The notes beneath the pieces were generated by a model. It was given only the letters and a program-made list of their open reading frames with translations. It was not told the origin of the DNA and did no database searches. A stretch of 64,000 nucleotides of DNA from contig NC_058368.1 of assembly GCF_018350175.1 (NCBI RefSeq), positions 33,172,001 through 33,236,000 on the forward strand, read 5' to 3'. Below, piece after piece: positions 13,233 through 26,316 of the stretch (its first letter is position 1; every line of letters starts with the position of its first letter). The stretch is from Felis catus (Eukaryota). The translations under genes and the position numbers were made by a program.

Positions 13233-13510
13233 TGTCTTCGGCTAGGCTAGGTTTTCCTAGAGCAAACACCAAACCAAAGATTAAGGTGCAAGAACATTAA
13301 AGAAATGTTCTCAGGAGAAACCAGGTGGGGGCAGGGGGAAATTGAATAGAAAAGGAGAGGATAGAAACCTGTAATTTCAAGTTAGGTCTCAGACTCAGTC
13401 TGATCCTTCAAGGAGCCCTGGGGAATACATTTTCCTTATACATCAAAGCAAAGGGCTGTGTTTTCTAATCTCTTATTCAGTTGGAGGGGTTAAGATAAAA
13501 TTCCTAGCTC
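13233..13510 (-). mobile_element. LTR16C-like ERV-L LTR fragment
   Basis: 'gctaggttttcctagagcaaacaccaaaccaaagattaaggtgcaag...ttctcaggagaaacc' resembles the recalled LTR16 reverse end. Confidence 0.45.
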
Positions 13511-14764
13511 TTCTACTTATTTTTATAAGAGACTGAACAGAGTTTTAGGGTAAAATCTAATACTAGATTAAATTGCTGGCCCAGATTTTATTTCCATATA
13601 ATATAATCCCATATAATAAGAAATACTTCAAAATTGCATTCAGCTTTCAGGTTCAGGTAGCAGACTGCCCATACATATTTGTATTTCCCCTCTTAAATTT
13701 CTATTACTAGGACAGCAAAGAGTACATGTGACAAATTTATAATGATATGAAGGTTAAGAGGATGGGCTATAGGCTAAGCATAATTTTTTTTATGATTTTC
13801 TGGAATAGAGCAAGCTGATAGATATGTCATTAAACATACACCTGAGTTGAATTTCAATATGTACGGAAGAAGACAAAAAAAAAAATGTGTGGTCTATTCT
13901 GCCAAGTGGAAGAATGGGAATTCTTCAAGATTAGAGTTTATAGACAAGTTTTGAGAGAATTATTAATCAAGAACACTTCATGGGAAATCTGACTCAGTGA
14001 AACTCATTCCTACTTGGCTCACCTGCCACCCACAACCAAATGCTAGCATAAGACTATTTGGTTTTAAGCTAAGAAATACAGGGAAAAAAAAGAAAGAAAT
14101 GTTCATAATAGATCACATAATTTGTTTTAGAAGGGCTAGGTCTAAAAGTATGGTGTAAATGTCTAAGTAGAAAAAAAAAGTGATGTGTCTATAAGTAATT
14201 TAAATTCCAAATTTCTGATTCTGTTTTCTGGAGAGTCCTGGTATACTGTCAAAAGTAGCTAAATGAAGAATTAGAGGTGGGATGACCTCAGATATTTATG
14301 TAATGAAATGGAACTTACCTATAAATAATTAGGAGAAGGAAAAACACGGGGAGGGGAAGGGACTTACTATTAATCCATAAATAGTGCATAGTGCTAAAGA
14401 GTATTTTCCCAAGTGAGTATTTAAAGCCAGACAGAAAATTGTTTCTCTCAGTGTCAGTTCCCTTGTGACTCTCTTGAGTGTGTCTCCCCATCCTTTGTGA
14501 GTCCAATATTTACAGAGGATGTATTTTTAGTTAAAATAAATAGAAACCCAATAAAAATCATCTACTTTATGTGTTGGTTTTTCCAGCAAAACCAGTATTT
14601 TCCAAATCCGAGGGGGATAAAAAGACTATTATGAAATTTCCAAAATTTTTAATTATGACCTCCTAAATGTTACTCTAGAGAGTTACAAGAACAATTTTGA
14701 CTATATGAAACTTTCATCTAGGATGACTTAACACTTTCCTCAACATTCTAGCAATACCACTGTA

Positions 14765-14980
14765 TTAAGAGTGTATTGTTTAAGGCATTCTGTGATGATG
14801 GAAATGTTTTATTTCTGACTTTCCAGTTGGATAGCCACTTGACACGTGTGGGTAGTGAGCACTTGAAATAAGGCTATTGTGACTAAGAAACTGAATTTTA
14901 ATAAAATTTATTTTCATTTATGTGAGTAGAAATAGCTATATGTGACTAGTGGCTACTATGTTGGGTAGGGTGGTCTTAGG
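14765..14980. mobile_element. MER3-like hAT-Charlie MITE
   Basis: ttctgtgatgatggaaatgtttta...tagccacttgacacgtgtgggtagtgagcacttgaaat...gtgactaagaaactgaatttta...atgtgactagtggctactatgttgg. Confidence 0.85.
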
Positions 14981-15141
14981 ATACTAAGAACTGAACATTG
15001 ATGTAATAAAAATGACTATTTTGGAGAATTGAAAATAGTATACAGGAAGGGAAAAGAAACTTTGTGTGTGTGTGTTTAATATCATTTGGTACTTTCCAGA
15101 ATTTAATTTTATTACATTTTCTATTATAATATTTTAAAATT

Positions 15142-15352
15142 GGGGCACTGGGTGGCTGAGTTGGTTAAGCATCCAACTTTGGCTCAGGTCATGATCTCAC
15201 AGTTCATGAGTTCGAGCCCCACATTGGGCTCTGTGCTGACAGCTCAGAGCCTAGAGCTTTCTTTGGATACTGTGTTTCCCTCTTTTTCTCTGCTCCTCCC
15301 CTATTCTCTCTCTCTCTCAAAAATAAAATAAAAACATGAAAAAAAAATAAAA
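15142..15352 (+). mobile_element. CAN-SINE
   Basis: Typical body; degenerate TSD ataatattttaaaatt / ataatatcttataaatt. Confidence 0.95.
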
Positions 15353-17165
15353 ATAATATCTTATAAATTAAGCATGTATTTTCTAAGAATCTGCATGTGA
15401 AATGCTTTTTACACATTATCTCTTTGATCATCTAGGCAATATATATTACTTATATTGTTACTTCTGTCTCATATATAAATGAATCAAAGAATGGTTAATA
15501 ACTTGAGCCTTATGCAGGCTCCTTTGGAACTGGAGAAGATGCTGCTTTCTAGTGGAATATCTGGCATATAGGAATTATTCAGAAATTGGCTTTGTGATGA
15601 GTGAATGATAGCTGTTATAAACAATTATGTATTAGGAGGGTAAACAGGTGTAAATTTGCAATACAGTGCATAAATGCACGTTTGACTCATTTTGAAGGTA
15701 TAGAAAATACTTTTTATTAATCTATATCCTCCTGTGGTGTAAAAAACAGCAACCTGAGAGAGCAACCTTGGGTTGAGAGAATGAGCCCCTTTTATTGTCA
15801 TTCTCCTTGTTGATAGATGAGGATAAGAATATAGAAATTGGGAGGTTGAGATGAGAAGACTTTAAAAAATTAAAAAGCCTTAAATACTGCCTAAGACACA
15901 GGGGAGGTACAGTGGATTGAAATACATATTACATGATGGATATTACATAATAAACATAATGTATGTATATTGCTATATATAGATATGGTAATATAGATTG
16001 TATAATACAGAATAGATATTGCATAATATACATAAATAATAGATGGTAATACAAATATTTTTTTCTTCCATTCATTCAGAATTTAGAACACAATAACGTG
16101 GTCATTTGAAACAGGGACATTTCCTGGTTCACTGCCACTGCATCAGGAAAAAAAAAATGCCTATATCTCTCAATATGTGATCTTGGCTTTTTACACTGAT
16201 ATTGCACTGACCTTTTAACCTTATATTCCTGAACCTTACATTTAAATCTAATTTGTAGCGCCTTGATATTTCAGTATATTTTGCAGCTTTGTTCTTAAGG
16301 TTCCCCTTATATTAAATATATCTGTCATAGATAGTCTGTCGCTGGGCCTAATAGCCTCTTTATTTTAAAAATGAATCACACTGTATTATTTGCTCATATC
16401 TCATAACATATCTCATTTCCTTTCTGTGTCTCTCTGTTTTTAGTGATTTTCAAGGCTGACAATTTAGGATAATAAGTTATTTTAGTTAAAAGCCTGTTTA
16501 CTATCTTTTTTGAATCAATGTGATTGAGGATGTCATGGATGACTTTTTCAATATGAAGCAAATTCAATACTGGTGATATAGAGCTACGTGTTGGTGTCGT
16601 GCTGGAATTCTGCTGTAAGACTCTGCAACTCTGTATGCTCACTGAACCCTTTGTTCTGTTTCCTGGATATTGCTAATGTTTATGGAACTGCACTCGATGA
16701 CAGTAAATTGATCTGGATTGAAATAATGTTTCATTCTTTTCTCTGCTTCTGCAAATGATGCTTATTCTTCAAAGCATGACTGTGTTACTACTACTTTTTA
16801 TTCTCTCCATATTCTTCTATTAACATAATCATTTTCATCTCAAACATATTATCGAGAATGATAACCGTTATTAAAACAATATCTACTATATATTAACCAT
16901 CAAGTGCATATCAGAATCTAGATTAAGTACTTTGACATGTATGTGTGTGTGCGTGTATACATAAATGTATGTAAAAGATCGGGCCCATATTGCTTTTATA
17001 TGGACATATACATCCCCCATCCCAAACCCTTGGTAACCACTAACCTGTTCTCCATTTCTACAATTTTGTCATTATTCTTTTATAACTCAAAGTAATATTC
17101 TGAGGTAATTTATGTAGTTTCTCTATTTCAAGTGATAAAACTAAGATTTAAAAGAATTAGGTCCC

Positions 17166-17370
17166 GAAGCGCCTGAATGGTTCACTAGGTTAAGTGTCCC
17201 ACACTTGATATTGGCTCAGGTCACGATCTCATGGTTACTGTAATCAAGCCCCACATGGAGCTCAGCACTGACAGCACAGAGCCTGTTAGGGAATTTCTCT
17301 GCCACTCTTCTCCTTGAATGCGCTTGCCCACTCACTCTCAAAATAAGTAAATAAACTTAAGTAAAGGAGA
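17166..17370 (+). mobile_element. Older diverged CAN-SINE
   Basis: gcgcctgaatggttcactaggttaagtgtccc...ggctcaggtcacgatctc; TSD aagaattaggtccc / gagaatcagatccc. Confidence 0.9.
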
Positions 17371-17844
17371 GAGAATCAGATCCCCTGCCCTACCTCCATG
17401 GGTCTACAATTCTACAATTGTACTAATTACTTCTGTAAGTAGTAACTATAAAAGTATTAAACACTTTATGAATTATGAAGTGAGGAATTTATTTATATAG
17501 TCCAATACTTTAGATTGTCCAGATAAAGACATTGGGAGCCACCCTGTTTCACTCCACTTCTTTCCACGCTTTACTTTGCTTTACTGCCCAGCGTTGCATG
17601 TAAGTTGCTAAATCCTGTAATACTGAACACTAGACTGACATGAGCAATAAAGAACATGAAAATCTTCACCATATATGTGGCAGTGCAAATATGGCTGGGA
17701 TATGCTTAGATTGGACTCCACTATTGAAACAATCTAGATAATGCTTTCTCAATTTCTTATTGGAGGGCTTAGACACTTTTTAAAATTTGCTGATCAGAGT
17801 TTTATTTTCTCTCCTGTTATCATTATCACCATTAAATACTTTAA

Positions 17845-18065
17845 AAAAATTTTTTTAACGTTTTTTATTATTTATTTTTGAGACAGAGAGAGACAGAACA
17901 TGAACAGGGGAGGGGCAGAGAGAGAGGGAGACACAGAATCTGAAACAGGCTCCAGGCTCTGAGCGGTCAGCACAGAGCCTGACGCGGGGCTCGAACTCAC
18001 GGACCGTGAGATCATGACCTGAGCCGAAGTCGGATGCTTAACCGACTGAGCCACCCAGGTGCCCC
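17845..18065 (-). mobile_element. Young CAN-SINE
   Basis: CpG-rich near-consensus body; perfect 17-bp TSD accattaaatactttaa (17828-17844, 18067-18083). Confidence 0.97.
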
Positions 18066-18087
18066 AACCATTAAATACTTTAATTGA

Positions 18088-18470
18088 GCTTTTTATTTTG
18101 AGATTAATTGGAGACTCATATGCCGTTGTGAGAAATAACAGGAATCCTGTATACACTTTACCTACTTTCCTCCAATGATAATATCTTGCAAAACTATAAT
18201 TTAGTATCAAAACCAAGATATGGAAATAATACATCAAGATGCAGAGCATCCCTATAATCACAAGAATACCCCATATTGCCATTTTATAAATTTCCCCATC
18301 TCCCCCACCCTGCACTCCCTGAAGCCACTAATTTGTTCTTCATTTCTACAATTTAACCATTTCAAAACGTTATGTAAATGGATTCATATGGAATGAAATA
18401 TTTTGCAATTGGCTTTTTTTCAAACATTGTAGTTATTTGGATATTTATGTAGGTTGTTCTGTGTATCAAG
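18088..18470 (-). mobile_element. L1MC-type 3' end
   Basis: 'atatcttgcaaaactata...tacatcaagatgcagagcatccctataatcacaagaataccccatattgcc'; homologous to 40135-40490 and 43980-44520. Confidence 0.8.
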
Positions 18471-18539
18471 AAGATAAGGAAAATGTACTTACCCATTTTT
18501 TTAATTTTTCTTTTGATTTTTCTTCCTTTCTGATGTTCC

Positions 18540-19120
18540 AAAATTCCTTGATGTACCACATTCTTTCCCTTTAGAGAAATTGCTTTAGCATTTTTTTAAG
18601 AGTAGTCTAATCAATGAGAAATTGTCTAAGTTTCCCTTCCTCTGGGAATTCTTGATTTCTGTCCATTTGCTGAAAGATATTTTTGCTGGATATAAAACTC
18701 TGGTTGACAGTTCTCTTTCAACTCTTGAAAAAAAATGTTTGGACTTCCATTTTTCCCCGTATAGGTAAAATGTGGTTTCATTCTTGTTGATTTCAAGATG
18801 TTTTCTTTCTCTTTCGTTTTCATAAATTTGACTGTAATTAAATCAACCTCTTTGGAGTTCACTCAGCTTCGTGAATCTCTAAATTCTGTCCGTGTCCAAT
18901 TTGTCAAGTTTAACTGATCATTTCTCTCAGTACTTTTTCAGTTGCATCCTGATCATCTCATCTTTTCCTTCTAGGAATCACGTGACACAATATAGGCCAC
19001 ATAGGTCCCTGATAATATGTTTCTTCTTTTTTTTTTCTAAGTATGCTTTTTCTCTGTTGTTCACATTATATGATTTCTATTGCTGTATGCAATGTTCACT
19101 GATAATTTCTTCTGTAGGAG
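18540..19120 (-). mobile_element. Old L1 ORF1 remnant
   Basis: ORF 18626-18862 (ITVKFMKTKEKENILK...FQELKENCQP) resembles the ORF1p C-terminal region. Confidence 0.75.
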
Positions 19121-19136
19121 TTTTGTCTCCCTTCTG

Positions 19137-19144
<8 letters not shown>

Positions 19145-19188
<44 letters not shown>
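19145..19188. repeat. (TC)22 microsatellite
   Basis: Directly visible. Confidence 0.95.
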
Positions 19189-19191
<3 letters not shown>

Positions 19192-20608
19192 ACCCCCAGA
19201 ACATCTTTAATTCTACATTTTAGCCTGAGTTTCAGGCACATATTTCCAATTAACTTCCATGTGAAGGCTACACAGATACCTTAAGTATATTTTAAAAAAT
19301 CATCTAATTTGAAACATGATCTTCATTCTGTTCCCTATTGAAGGTAATATTATTAACATTCTTTTTGCTCTAAGTTTCAATACTTTAGTAGCTTCTGAGT
19401 TTAACTGACAGGAGGAGATGAACTCTGCTCCAACACCCTCACTGTCATAGAGAAGATTTCTGCTTAAATATTTCTAGTATATTTTTCATAAGAATCTTGG
19501 ATTTAAAATGTTATTTATAATTAATTAAAGTTTTATCTTTACTGGAAGTGAAGCCAGTTTGAGATTTCTCTTTTGTAGTTTGTTTCTATGAATTCACCTT
19601 AAACTAATAGGGAATCTGGTATTTTTGTTTCTCCACACTTGTAATATTTCACAAACATTAAAAATTATTCATGTGATACTTTTATTTCTTAACATTTTTT
19701 GTTAGAGCTATTTGGTAATAAGTACCACTTAGAGCTTTGAGAAAAATACAAAATAAATTGTTTCCTCCATTTCCTAATTGTATTTTTATAAAATTCTGAT
19801 TTTAGGCATGTCAATCCAACGAGCTAATAAAAGAAAATTCTATCCCTCATGCTCAGATGGTGGAGTGGGTGATTCTGTCTAGTCAAAAAACAAAAAGACA
19901 TGAAAAAGGTTGAGGGTGTCATGGAGTTGTTACATGAGCTGTTCAACTGAATGCTGTATTCTGCCTCTGGCTGATGTGGAGGAGTATGTGTCTGTGCCTC
20001 TCAAGTTTCTGACAGAGATTCTGATATTCACAAGTTCTATAACCCAATCAAGGCAATGTTCACTTTTCTCAACTGTCATCACCCTGAAATTACCAGACAT
20101 ATGGTCCCATTTTAGCAACTCTCCAAGATATCTGTCAATCTAAATCATTTGCTAGGACACTTGGGTATAAGCAGTTTGTGATTCTTTTCTACTAATTTTC
20201 AATCAGCATTTTATGTTTCCCTTTTTGTAAAATCACCCACCTGTGGCATTGTTATAAAAATTAAATGTAGAGCATATTATGGAAAGATCCATAATATATT
20301 TCAGATCACCTCGTTTTATAAATGCATCCTATCATTTACTGATACTTGCAACTTACACAGCTACATGCCTCATTTGGCCTCAACATGGCATTTTTCACAG
20401 AAGACAATAGAACACTCAAACAGCTGCTATGTAGCTTTGTTAAATCATCTAATTGCAAGCAAGCAACCCCCAAAAGCCCATTAGTCATGAAGAGAAGCTC
20501 AATTTCAAAATATATTATATTGTTGTATACTGGTAAAAATAATTATCAAGAAATGGCCTAAAGCATCAAGAAAAAAACCATCCGTCTTACCCTTCTCCCA
20601 TCACCTGT

Positions 20609-20612
<4 letters not shown>

Positions 20613-20658
<46 letters not shown>
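20613..20658. repeat. (AC)23 microsatellite
   Basis: Directly visible. Confidence 0.97.
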
Positions 20659-20660
<2 letters not shown>

Positions 20661-20827
20661 CACTCACACACAGGCATTTAACTCTAACATTTTTAGTTCC
20701 ATGCCCTATAATTTGTATGGCTTGTTACTGAAGAGACTTCTCAACAGTTTTAAAAACATTATGTGATAACTGTAATTCTAGATAATTTACCTAATTCCAT
20801 ATCTATAAAATCAGAATAATAAACCCA

Positions 20828-21276
20828 CCAGTAGATTAAATATAGCCAAAAGTTTTTCTCTTCTTCGTCCCATCCAGAGTGGAACTCTTCCCATCACTTG
20901 AAACTGGGCTGCCCTGTGGTTTTGATTAAAAGAATTTGGTGGAAGTCACAGTTGAGTACTGGAGCTTGTCCTCCAGAGATTTTGCAGCTTTCATCTCAAA
21001 AACTTGGAAGGATGCTTTGAATATAAACAGGTTGATACTGCCTACTAAATAGTTTAAGAAAGCAACCCAGCTGACAAACAGTACTGTCTATCACGCAAAG
21101 GTGAGGACTTGTTGGACAGCTGACCAACCAGATGGATGAAATCACAAGACTGAAGCCTGACAAAACAGCAGGGAAATCAACCAACTAACCGATAGAATCA
21201 GGAGGGAAAAACGGTTCATTATATTAAGCCATGCCCTTTCAAAGACATTGACTGTGTAGCAATAGACGATAGAAAT
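20828..21276 (+). mobile_element. MaLR solo LTR (MLT1F/G/H-like)
   Basis: 'cttgaaactgggctgccctgtgg...aagaatttggtggaagtcac' and end 'ttaagcca...tgtgtagcaatagacgatagaaat'. Confidence 0.7.
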
Positions 21277-21507
21277 GCAGAAATTAAAACATAATATGGA
21301 AAATAATGCTATCCTAACTTTTGAAGAATTTATGGCTTACTATCTAATTCTGAATGGAATCATGGTGAAAGTTTCTTGCTTACATTATCTATTCCCAGAT
21401 ATATTTGAGGTTATCGATGATTTGGTTCAGTGTTATGAGCAGATCTCTGATGTAGCATTTAGAACTTCACTAAAGTTATATTCTAAACTCCTATAAGAAA
21501 GAATAGA

Positions 21508-21717
21508 GGGGCACCTGGGTGGTTCAGTCGGTTGAGGGTCCAGCTTGGGTTCAGGTCATGATGTCAGTGTTCGTGGGTTCGAGCCCCGTGTTGGGCTTTG
21601 TGCTGACAGCTCAGAGCCTGGAGCCTGTTTCAGATTCTGTGTCTCCCTCTCTCTCTCTATGCCTCCCTTGCATTCTCCCTGTCTCTCTCTCTCTCTAAAA
21701 TAAATTTTAAAAAATTA
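21508..21717 (+). mobile_element. CAN-SINE
   Basis: Typical body; TSD aagaaagaataga / aagaaagaacaga. Confidence 0.96.
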
Positions 21718-21988
21718 AAGAAAGAACAGAAAATTCAGAACCTGAAAACTTGAATTATGATACTAATTCTGTCATATACAAATGCAAGAAGATAATGACT
21801 CCACATATTTTCATAGTAATTTGTTAATTGCTGAGGTAATATGTTTGGGAAATGTTCTCAAATTTCTCATAGAGAATATAAAGTAAATATATATAGATGT
21901 ATATAGATATAAATATGTACAAATAGATGTATATTTGAGAGATGCTGGGGCAATATTACAACTGTTCACTAATATAAAGTTCCTTTCA

Positions 21989-22173
21989 GGGGTGACTGGG
22001 TGGCTCAGTTGGTTGGGCCTCCAACTGTTGGTTTTGGCTCAGTTCATGACCTCACAGTTGTGGGTTCAAGCCCTGTATTGGGCTCTGTACTGACAATGTG
22101 GAGCCTGCTTGGGATTCTCTCTCACTCTTTCTCTCTTTCTCTCAAAATACAAATAAACTTAGTTAAAAAAAAA
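21989..22173 (+). mobile_element. Older CAN-SINE
   Basis: ggggtgactgggtggctcagttggtt head; gagcctgcttgggattctctct; A tail. Confidence 0.92.
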
Positions 22174-22214
22174 ACATTTCCTTCAACTTTTCTGAAAATT
22201 AGGGAGAGTTTCAC

Positions 22215-22527
22215 TTAATTGCCTCCTTAGAATAAAGTGTGACCATGTTATTTGTTCTAGTTGAAGAAATGGGAATATATACTGCTTCCAATTGGAAATA
22301 CTTTAGAGATCATGTGGCTTTTCATCTTTCCTTTCTCCTGTGCCATTCAGAGATCTTCCAGTTTCCTTACGCCTGATTCCTTGAGCGAATATATGAAGCT
22401 AAACTCCCTTCTGACTAGCATTAGACATGTAGTATGAGTTAAAAATAAACCCGTTGTGTTAGGCCACTGGACTTTAGACTTAAGTCTGGTGACTAGGTCA
22501 TCTACCTGGCCTAGTGTCACCGATAAT
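22215..22527 (+). mobile_element. MaLR LTR fragment (MLT1I/J-like)
   Basis: 'gacatgtagtatgagttaaaaataaacccgttgtgttaggccactg' typical late-MLT1 3' region. Confidence 0.6.
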
Positions 22528-22560
22528 GCTGTGGGAATGCATATAAACTAGCACCATTGT

Positions 22561-23095
22561 TAGGGGCACTTGTACCCCAATGTTTATAGCAGCACTCTCA
22601 ACATTAGCCAAATTACAGAAAGAGCCTAAATGTCCATCAACTGATGAATGGATAAAGAAATTATGGTTTATATACACAATGGAGTACTACATGGCAATGA
22701 GAAATAATGAAATGTGGCCCTTTGTAGCAACGTGGATGGAACTGGAGAGTGTGATGCTAAGTGAAATAAGCCATACAGAGAAAGATACCTACCATATGTG
22801 TTCACTCTTATGTGGATCCTGAGAAACTTAACAGGAACCCATGGGGGAGGGGAAGGGAAAAAAAAAGGTTAGAGTGGGAGAGAGCCAAAGCATAAGACTC
22901 TTAAAAACTGAGAACCAACTGAGGGCTGATGGGAGTGGGAGGGAGGGGAGGGTGGGTGATGGGTATTGAGGAGAGCACCTCTTGGGATGAGCACTGGGTG
23001 ATGTATGGAAACCAATTTGACAATAAATTTCATATATTACAAAAAAAAAGGAACACAGTTTAGCAATTCTTCAAATGATAAAGAAATAAAATAAG
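22561..23095 (+). mobile_element. 5'-truncated felid L1 (ORF2 C-terminus, 3'UTR, poly-A, extra 3' sequence)
   Basis: ORF 22580-22822 MFIAALSTLAK...KCPSTDEWIKKLWFIYTMEYY...WMELESVMLSEISH is the ORF2p C-terminus; G-rich 3'UTR; aataaa then A9; TSD taaactagcaccattgt (22544-22560) / taaattagcaccattgt (23096-23112). Confidence 0.96.
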
Positions 23096-23535
23096 TAAAT
23101 TAGCACCATTGTATATAATTTAATATGTTCAGAGGCATCACTTAAATGTGGTTTAGATCCAACCTTGATTTCATGATAGAATAATGCCATTCATTTTAAT
23201 TAGGAAACAATCACATGGCCAAATGAATTACAATATTTCAATTATGCATCTCAGTGGTTCATTACATTTCATTGAAAGGAAAAGCATTTTGCTTATTAGT
23301 GTACCTTATAGTATTTCATGTATAACACAATATTCTACTGGCATCATAAATTACTTTTTGCTTTTTTTTAGATGAGTAAGACACAGATGCTTTGTTTTTT
23401 TTAATGATGAGCCATATCAACATTATAATGATCCATAAGTTCAACTAAATTCAGAAATATGCTGGCATTTTGATTTAAATAAATTCTTCAGACTTTCTAA
23501 GATGTAATTTTTTTTGTATAAAACAGCAACATTTA

Positions 23536-23556
23536 AATTTATTTTAATGTTTATTT

Positions 23557-23638
<82 letters not shown>

Positions 23639-23802
23639 TTAGTGGGGAAGGGTCAGAGAGAGGGAGACACAGAATCCAAAGCAGAATCCAGGCTCTGAGC
23701 TGTCAGCACAGAGCCTGACACGGACACCAAACCTACCAACCACGAGATCGTGACCTGAGCCGAAGTCTATCGCTTAACCAACTGAGACACCCAGATGCCC
23801 CC
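23536..23802 (-). mobile_element. CAN-SINE with expanded (GA)n (23560-23635)
   Basis: Typical body; left member of a tandem dimer. Confidence 0.95.
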
Positions 23803-24029
23803 TTTTAAAATTTAAAATTTAAAATGTCTGTTTATTTTTTGAGACCGAGCGAGCCAGAGAGAGAGAGAGGGATGAAGGGGCAGAGAGAGGTGGAGTCCCA
23901 GAACTCAAAGCAGGCTCCAGGCTCTGAGCCATCAGCACTGAGCCTCACATGGGGTTCAAACCCATGGAACCGCAAGAGCATGACCTGAGCCAAAGTCAGG
24001 TTTCACCAACTGAGCCACTCAGATGCCCC
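23803..24029 (-). mobile_element. CAN-SINE
   Basis: Typical body; right member of the dimer; outer TSD aaaacagcaacattta. Confidence 0.95.
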
Positions 24030-24314
24030 ACAAAACAGCAACATTTAGAATCACTTTCAAGATACTCTGCCATTTTTGTTTAGCTTATGTAATCAACCTC
24101 TGCAAGGTGTCGAGTATTGAAATATTAGTTTTAATATATTTAAGGATACTTCCATTTTAAAAAGGCATCATAATGTAAATTGGATTTTTTGCAGTCATAA
24201 ATTCTGTTTAAACTCTTCCAATCTTGGAGAAGTTATTTTGAATTGCAAATATTTTATACGATTGTATTATTGCTAGAAAGAATACCTGCAAAATAAAATA
24301 CACAAGGATTCTTT

Positions 24315-24593
24315 TTTTAAAAGATATATATATATATCTATATATATATATCTATATATATATATATATCTATATATATATATATATATATATATATGTT
24401 TTAAGTTTATTTTATTTATTTTGAGAGAGACAGAGATAGTGCAAGTGGAGAGGGGCAGAGAGAGTATCCCAAGCAGGCTCTGCACTGTTAGTGCAGAGCC
24501 CAGTGCAGGGTTTGAACCCACAAACTGTGAGATCATGACCTGGGCTGAAACCAAGAGTCAGATGCTTAACCAAGTGAGCCCCCCAGGCACCCC
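24315..24593 (-). mobile_element. CAN-SINE with (TA)n-type microsatellite in its tail (24324-24397)
   Basis: Older-type body; TSD acacaaggattcttt / acatagggattcttt. Confidence 0.93.
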
Positions 24594-24769
24594 TAAACAT
24601 AGGGATTCTTTCAAATAAAAGAATCAATCATGTGGAATCAACTCACCATTAGAAATTTTATTAAATAGTTTTTTGAATAATATTTGGCTATCATATGAAA
24701 TAAATTATCTAAAATCTGCTTCTTTTCCATGATTGGTTATTTATTCTGTTGAAACCACCTTTTAATTAA

Positions 24770-24970
24770 TTTCTTGTAGCATTTATTTATTTTTTAGAGA
24801 TAGAGTGCAAGCAAGGGAGGGGTAGAGAGGAGGATACCCAGAATCCAAAGCAGGCTCCAGATTTTGAACTGTCAGTACAGGGCCCAACATGGGGCTTGAA
24901 CCCATAAACCATGAGATCATGACCTGAACCAAAGTTGGATGTTTAACCAATTGAACCACCCAGGCACCCC
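24770..24970 (-). mobile_element. CAN-SINE
   Basis: Typical body; TSD gaaaccaccttttaattaa / gaatcactttttaattaa. Confidence 0.93.
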
Positions 24971-26087
24971 AGAATCACTTTTTAATTAAAACGAATGTCC
25001 ATGAAAGAATATTATTAAAATGTATTTTAAATGGCATCTTTTTATTTTCTCACACTGATGTTCCTGAGTCGCTGAAATTTTTAACATTATCTTTGATTTT
25101 TTTGTCACAATTTGAAGAATAATCATTAGTTAACTCATCAATGTCAGAAACTCCATTAATTTTAGTGGCTGGAATACTGTAGTTTTCTAGCCAAACTTGT
25201 AACTTCTGCTGTAATTATAATCCATTTCTGTACATACTTCTTTTTTATCTCTAGATATTCCACCACATGACTTTCTAAATGTCTTATTTTTCTAAAAACA
25301 ATTAATAATATATTTAAAAACATACTTAGAGTATTCATATTAAATATAATGAATGATAAAATATATAACACATTATTTAACTTAATATAAATTATAATAT
25401 TCACCAACCAGAAAGGTATACATAAAACTTGTATATTTAAGTTTTCCAGACAAATTTGGCTGAGAAAAAAATTGAAAAATATATTTTTGTGTAAAGAAGT
25501 AACAATGAACTCTATTTTACATTGTTGTTATTAATGGAATACTTTCTTTAGTGTTTCTGTTTGGTTACTACTGATGTAGAAGAAAGCTACTGAATTTTGT
25601 AAAATAACTTTGTAGTTGGCATCTATGTTGAATTATCTTGAGAGTTCTAATATTTTATGATAACTGATCATATCAGAATCATCCAAGAGAAAACTTATAA
25701 TGAATAAATACACTTTTCTCTTTTGATTTTTGGTGTTCGCCATGATTTCCAAAATTATAATGAACAGTATTGGTTATATTTATATAGTTACCTTCTAAAA
25801 GAAACATAAAGTCCACTGTTTATACCTGTTTGTAAACAATAGGATGTAGGGTAATAATTAGATGCATAACAAATATTAGGCTACTCTAATAGATATGAAC
25901 ATTTAGTTCTTTCTAATATGAAAATCGAGTCAGCCACAAAAGTAAACAGAAACTATTTGAAAACCCCCAAACCTTGTTTTCCAGCACTTTATGACCCTAG
26001 ACCTACCCAGAACTCTTTAAATTTGTTTCCTTCTAATGTTGAAGTAACTTTGGTAGTGGCACATTTCCATCAAAATTTTGTCTCTGA

Positions 26088-26316
26088 GGGGTGCCTGGGT
26101 GGCTCAGTCGGTTAAGCATACGACTTTGGCTCCGGTCATGATCTCACAGTTAGTGGGTTTGAGCCCCGCATCGGGCTCTGTGCTGACAGCTCCGAGCCTG
26201 GAGCCTGTTTCAGATTTTGTGTCTTCCTCTCTCTCTGCTGCCCCTTCCCCACTCGCACCGTGTCTCCCTCTATCTCAACAAACAAACAAACAAACAAACA
26301 TTAAAAAAATTTAAAA
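26088..26316 (+). mobile_element. CAN-SINE with (CAAA)n tail
   Basis: Typical body; TSD caaaattttgtctctga / caaaaatatctctctga. Confidence 0.96.

Noticed and set aside
16394..16642. 82-aa ORF in non-repeat DNA
   Set aside because: No recognisable homology or convincing splice signals; length expected by chance.
17845..18065. tRNA genes at SINE heads
   Set aside because: The A/B-box-like heads are tRNA-derived SINE parts followed by (CT)n and A tails, not cloverleaf tRNAs.
18892..19284. 130-aa ORF
   Set aside because: Antisense L1 ORF1 remnant plus (TC)n.
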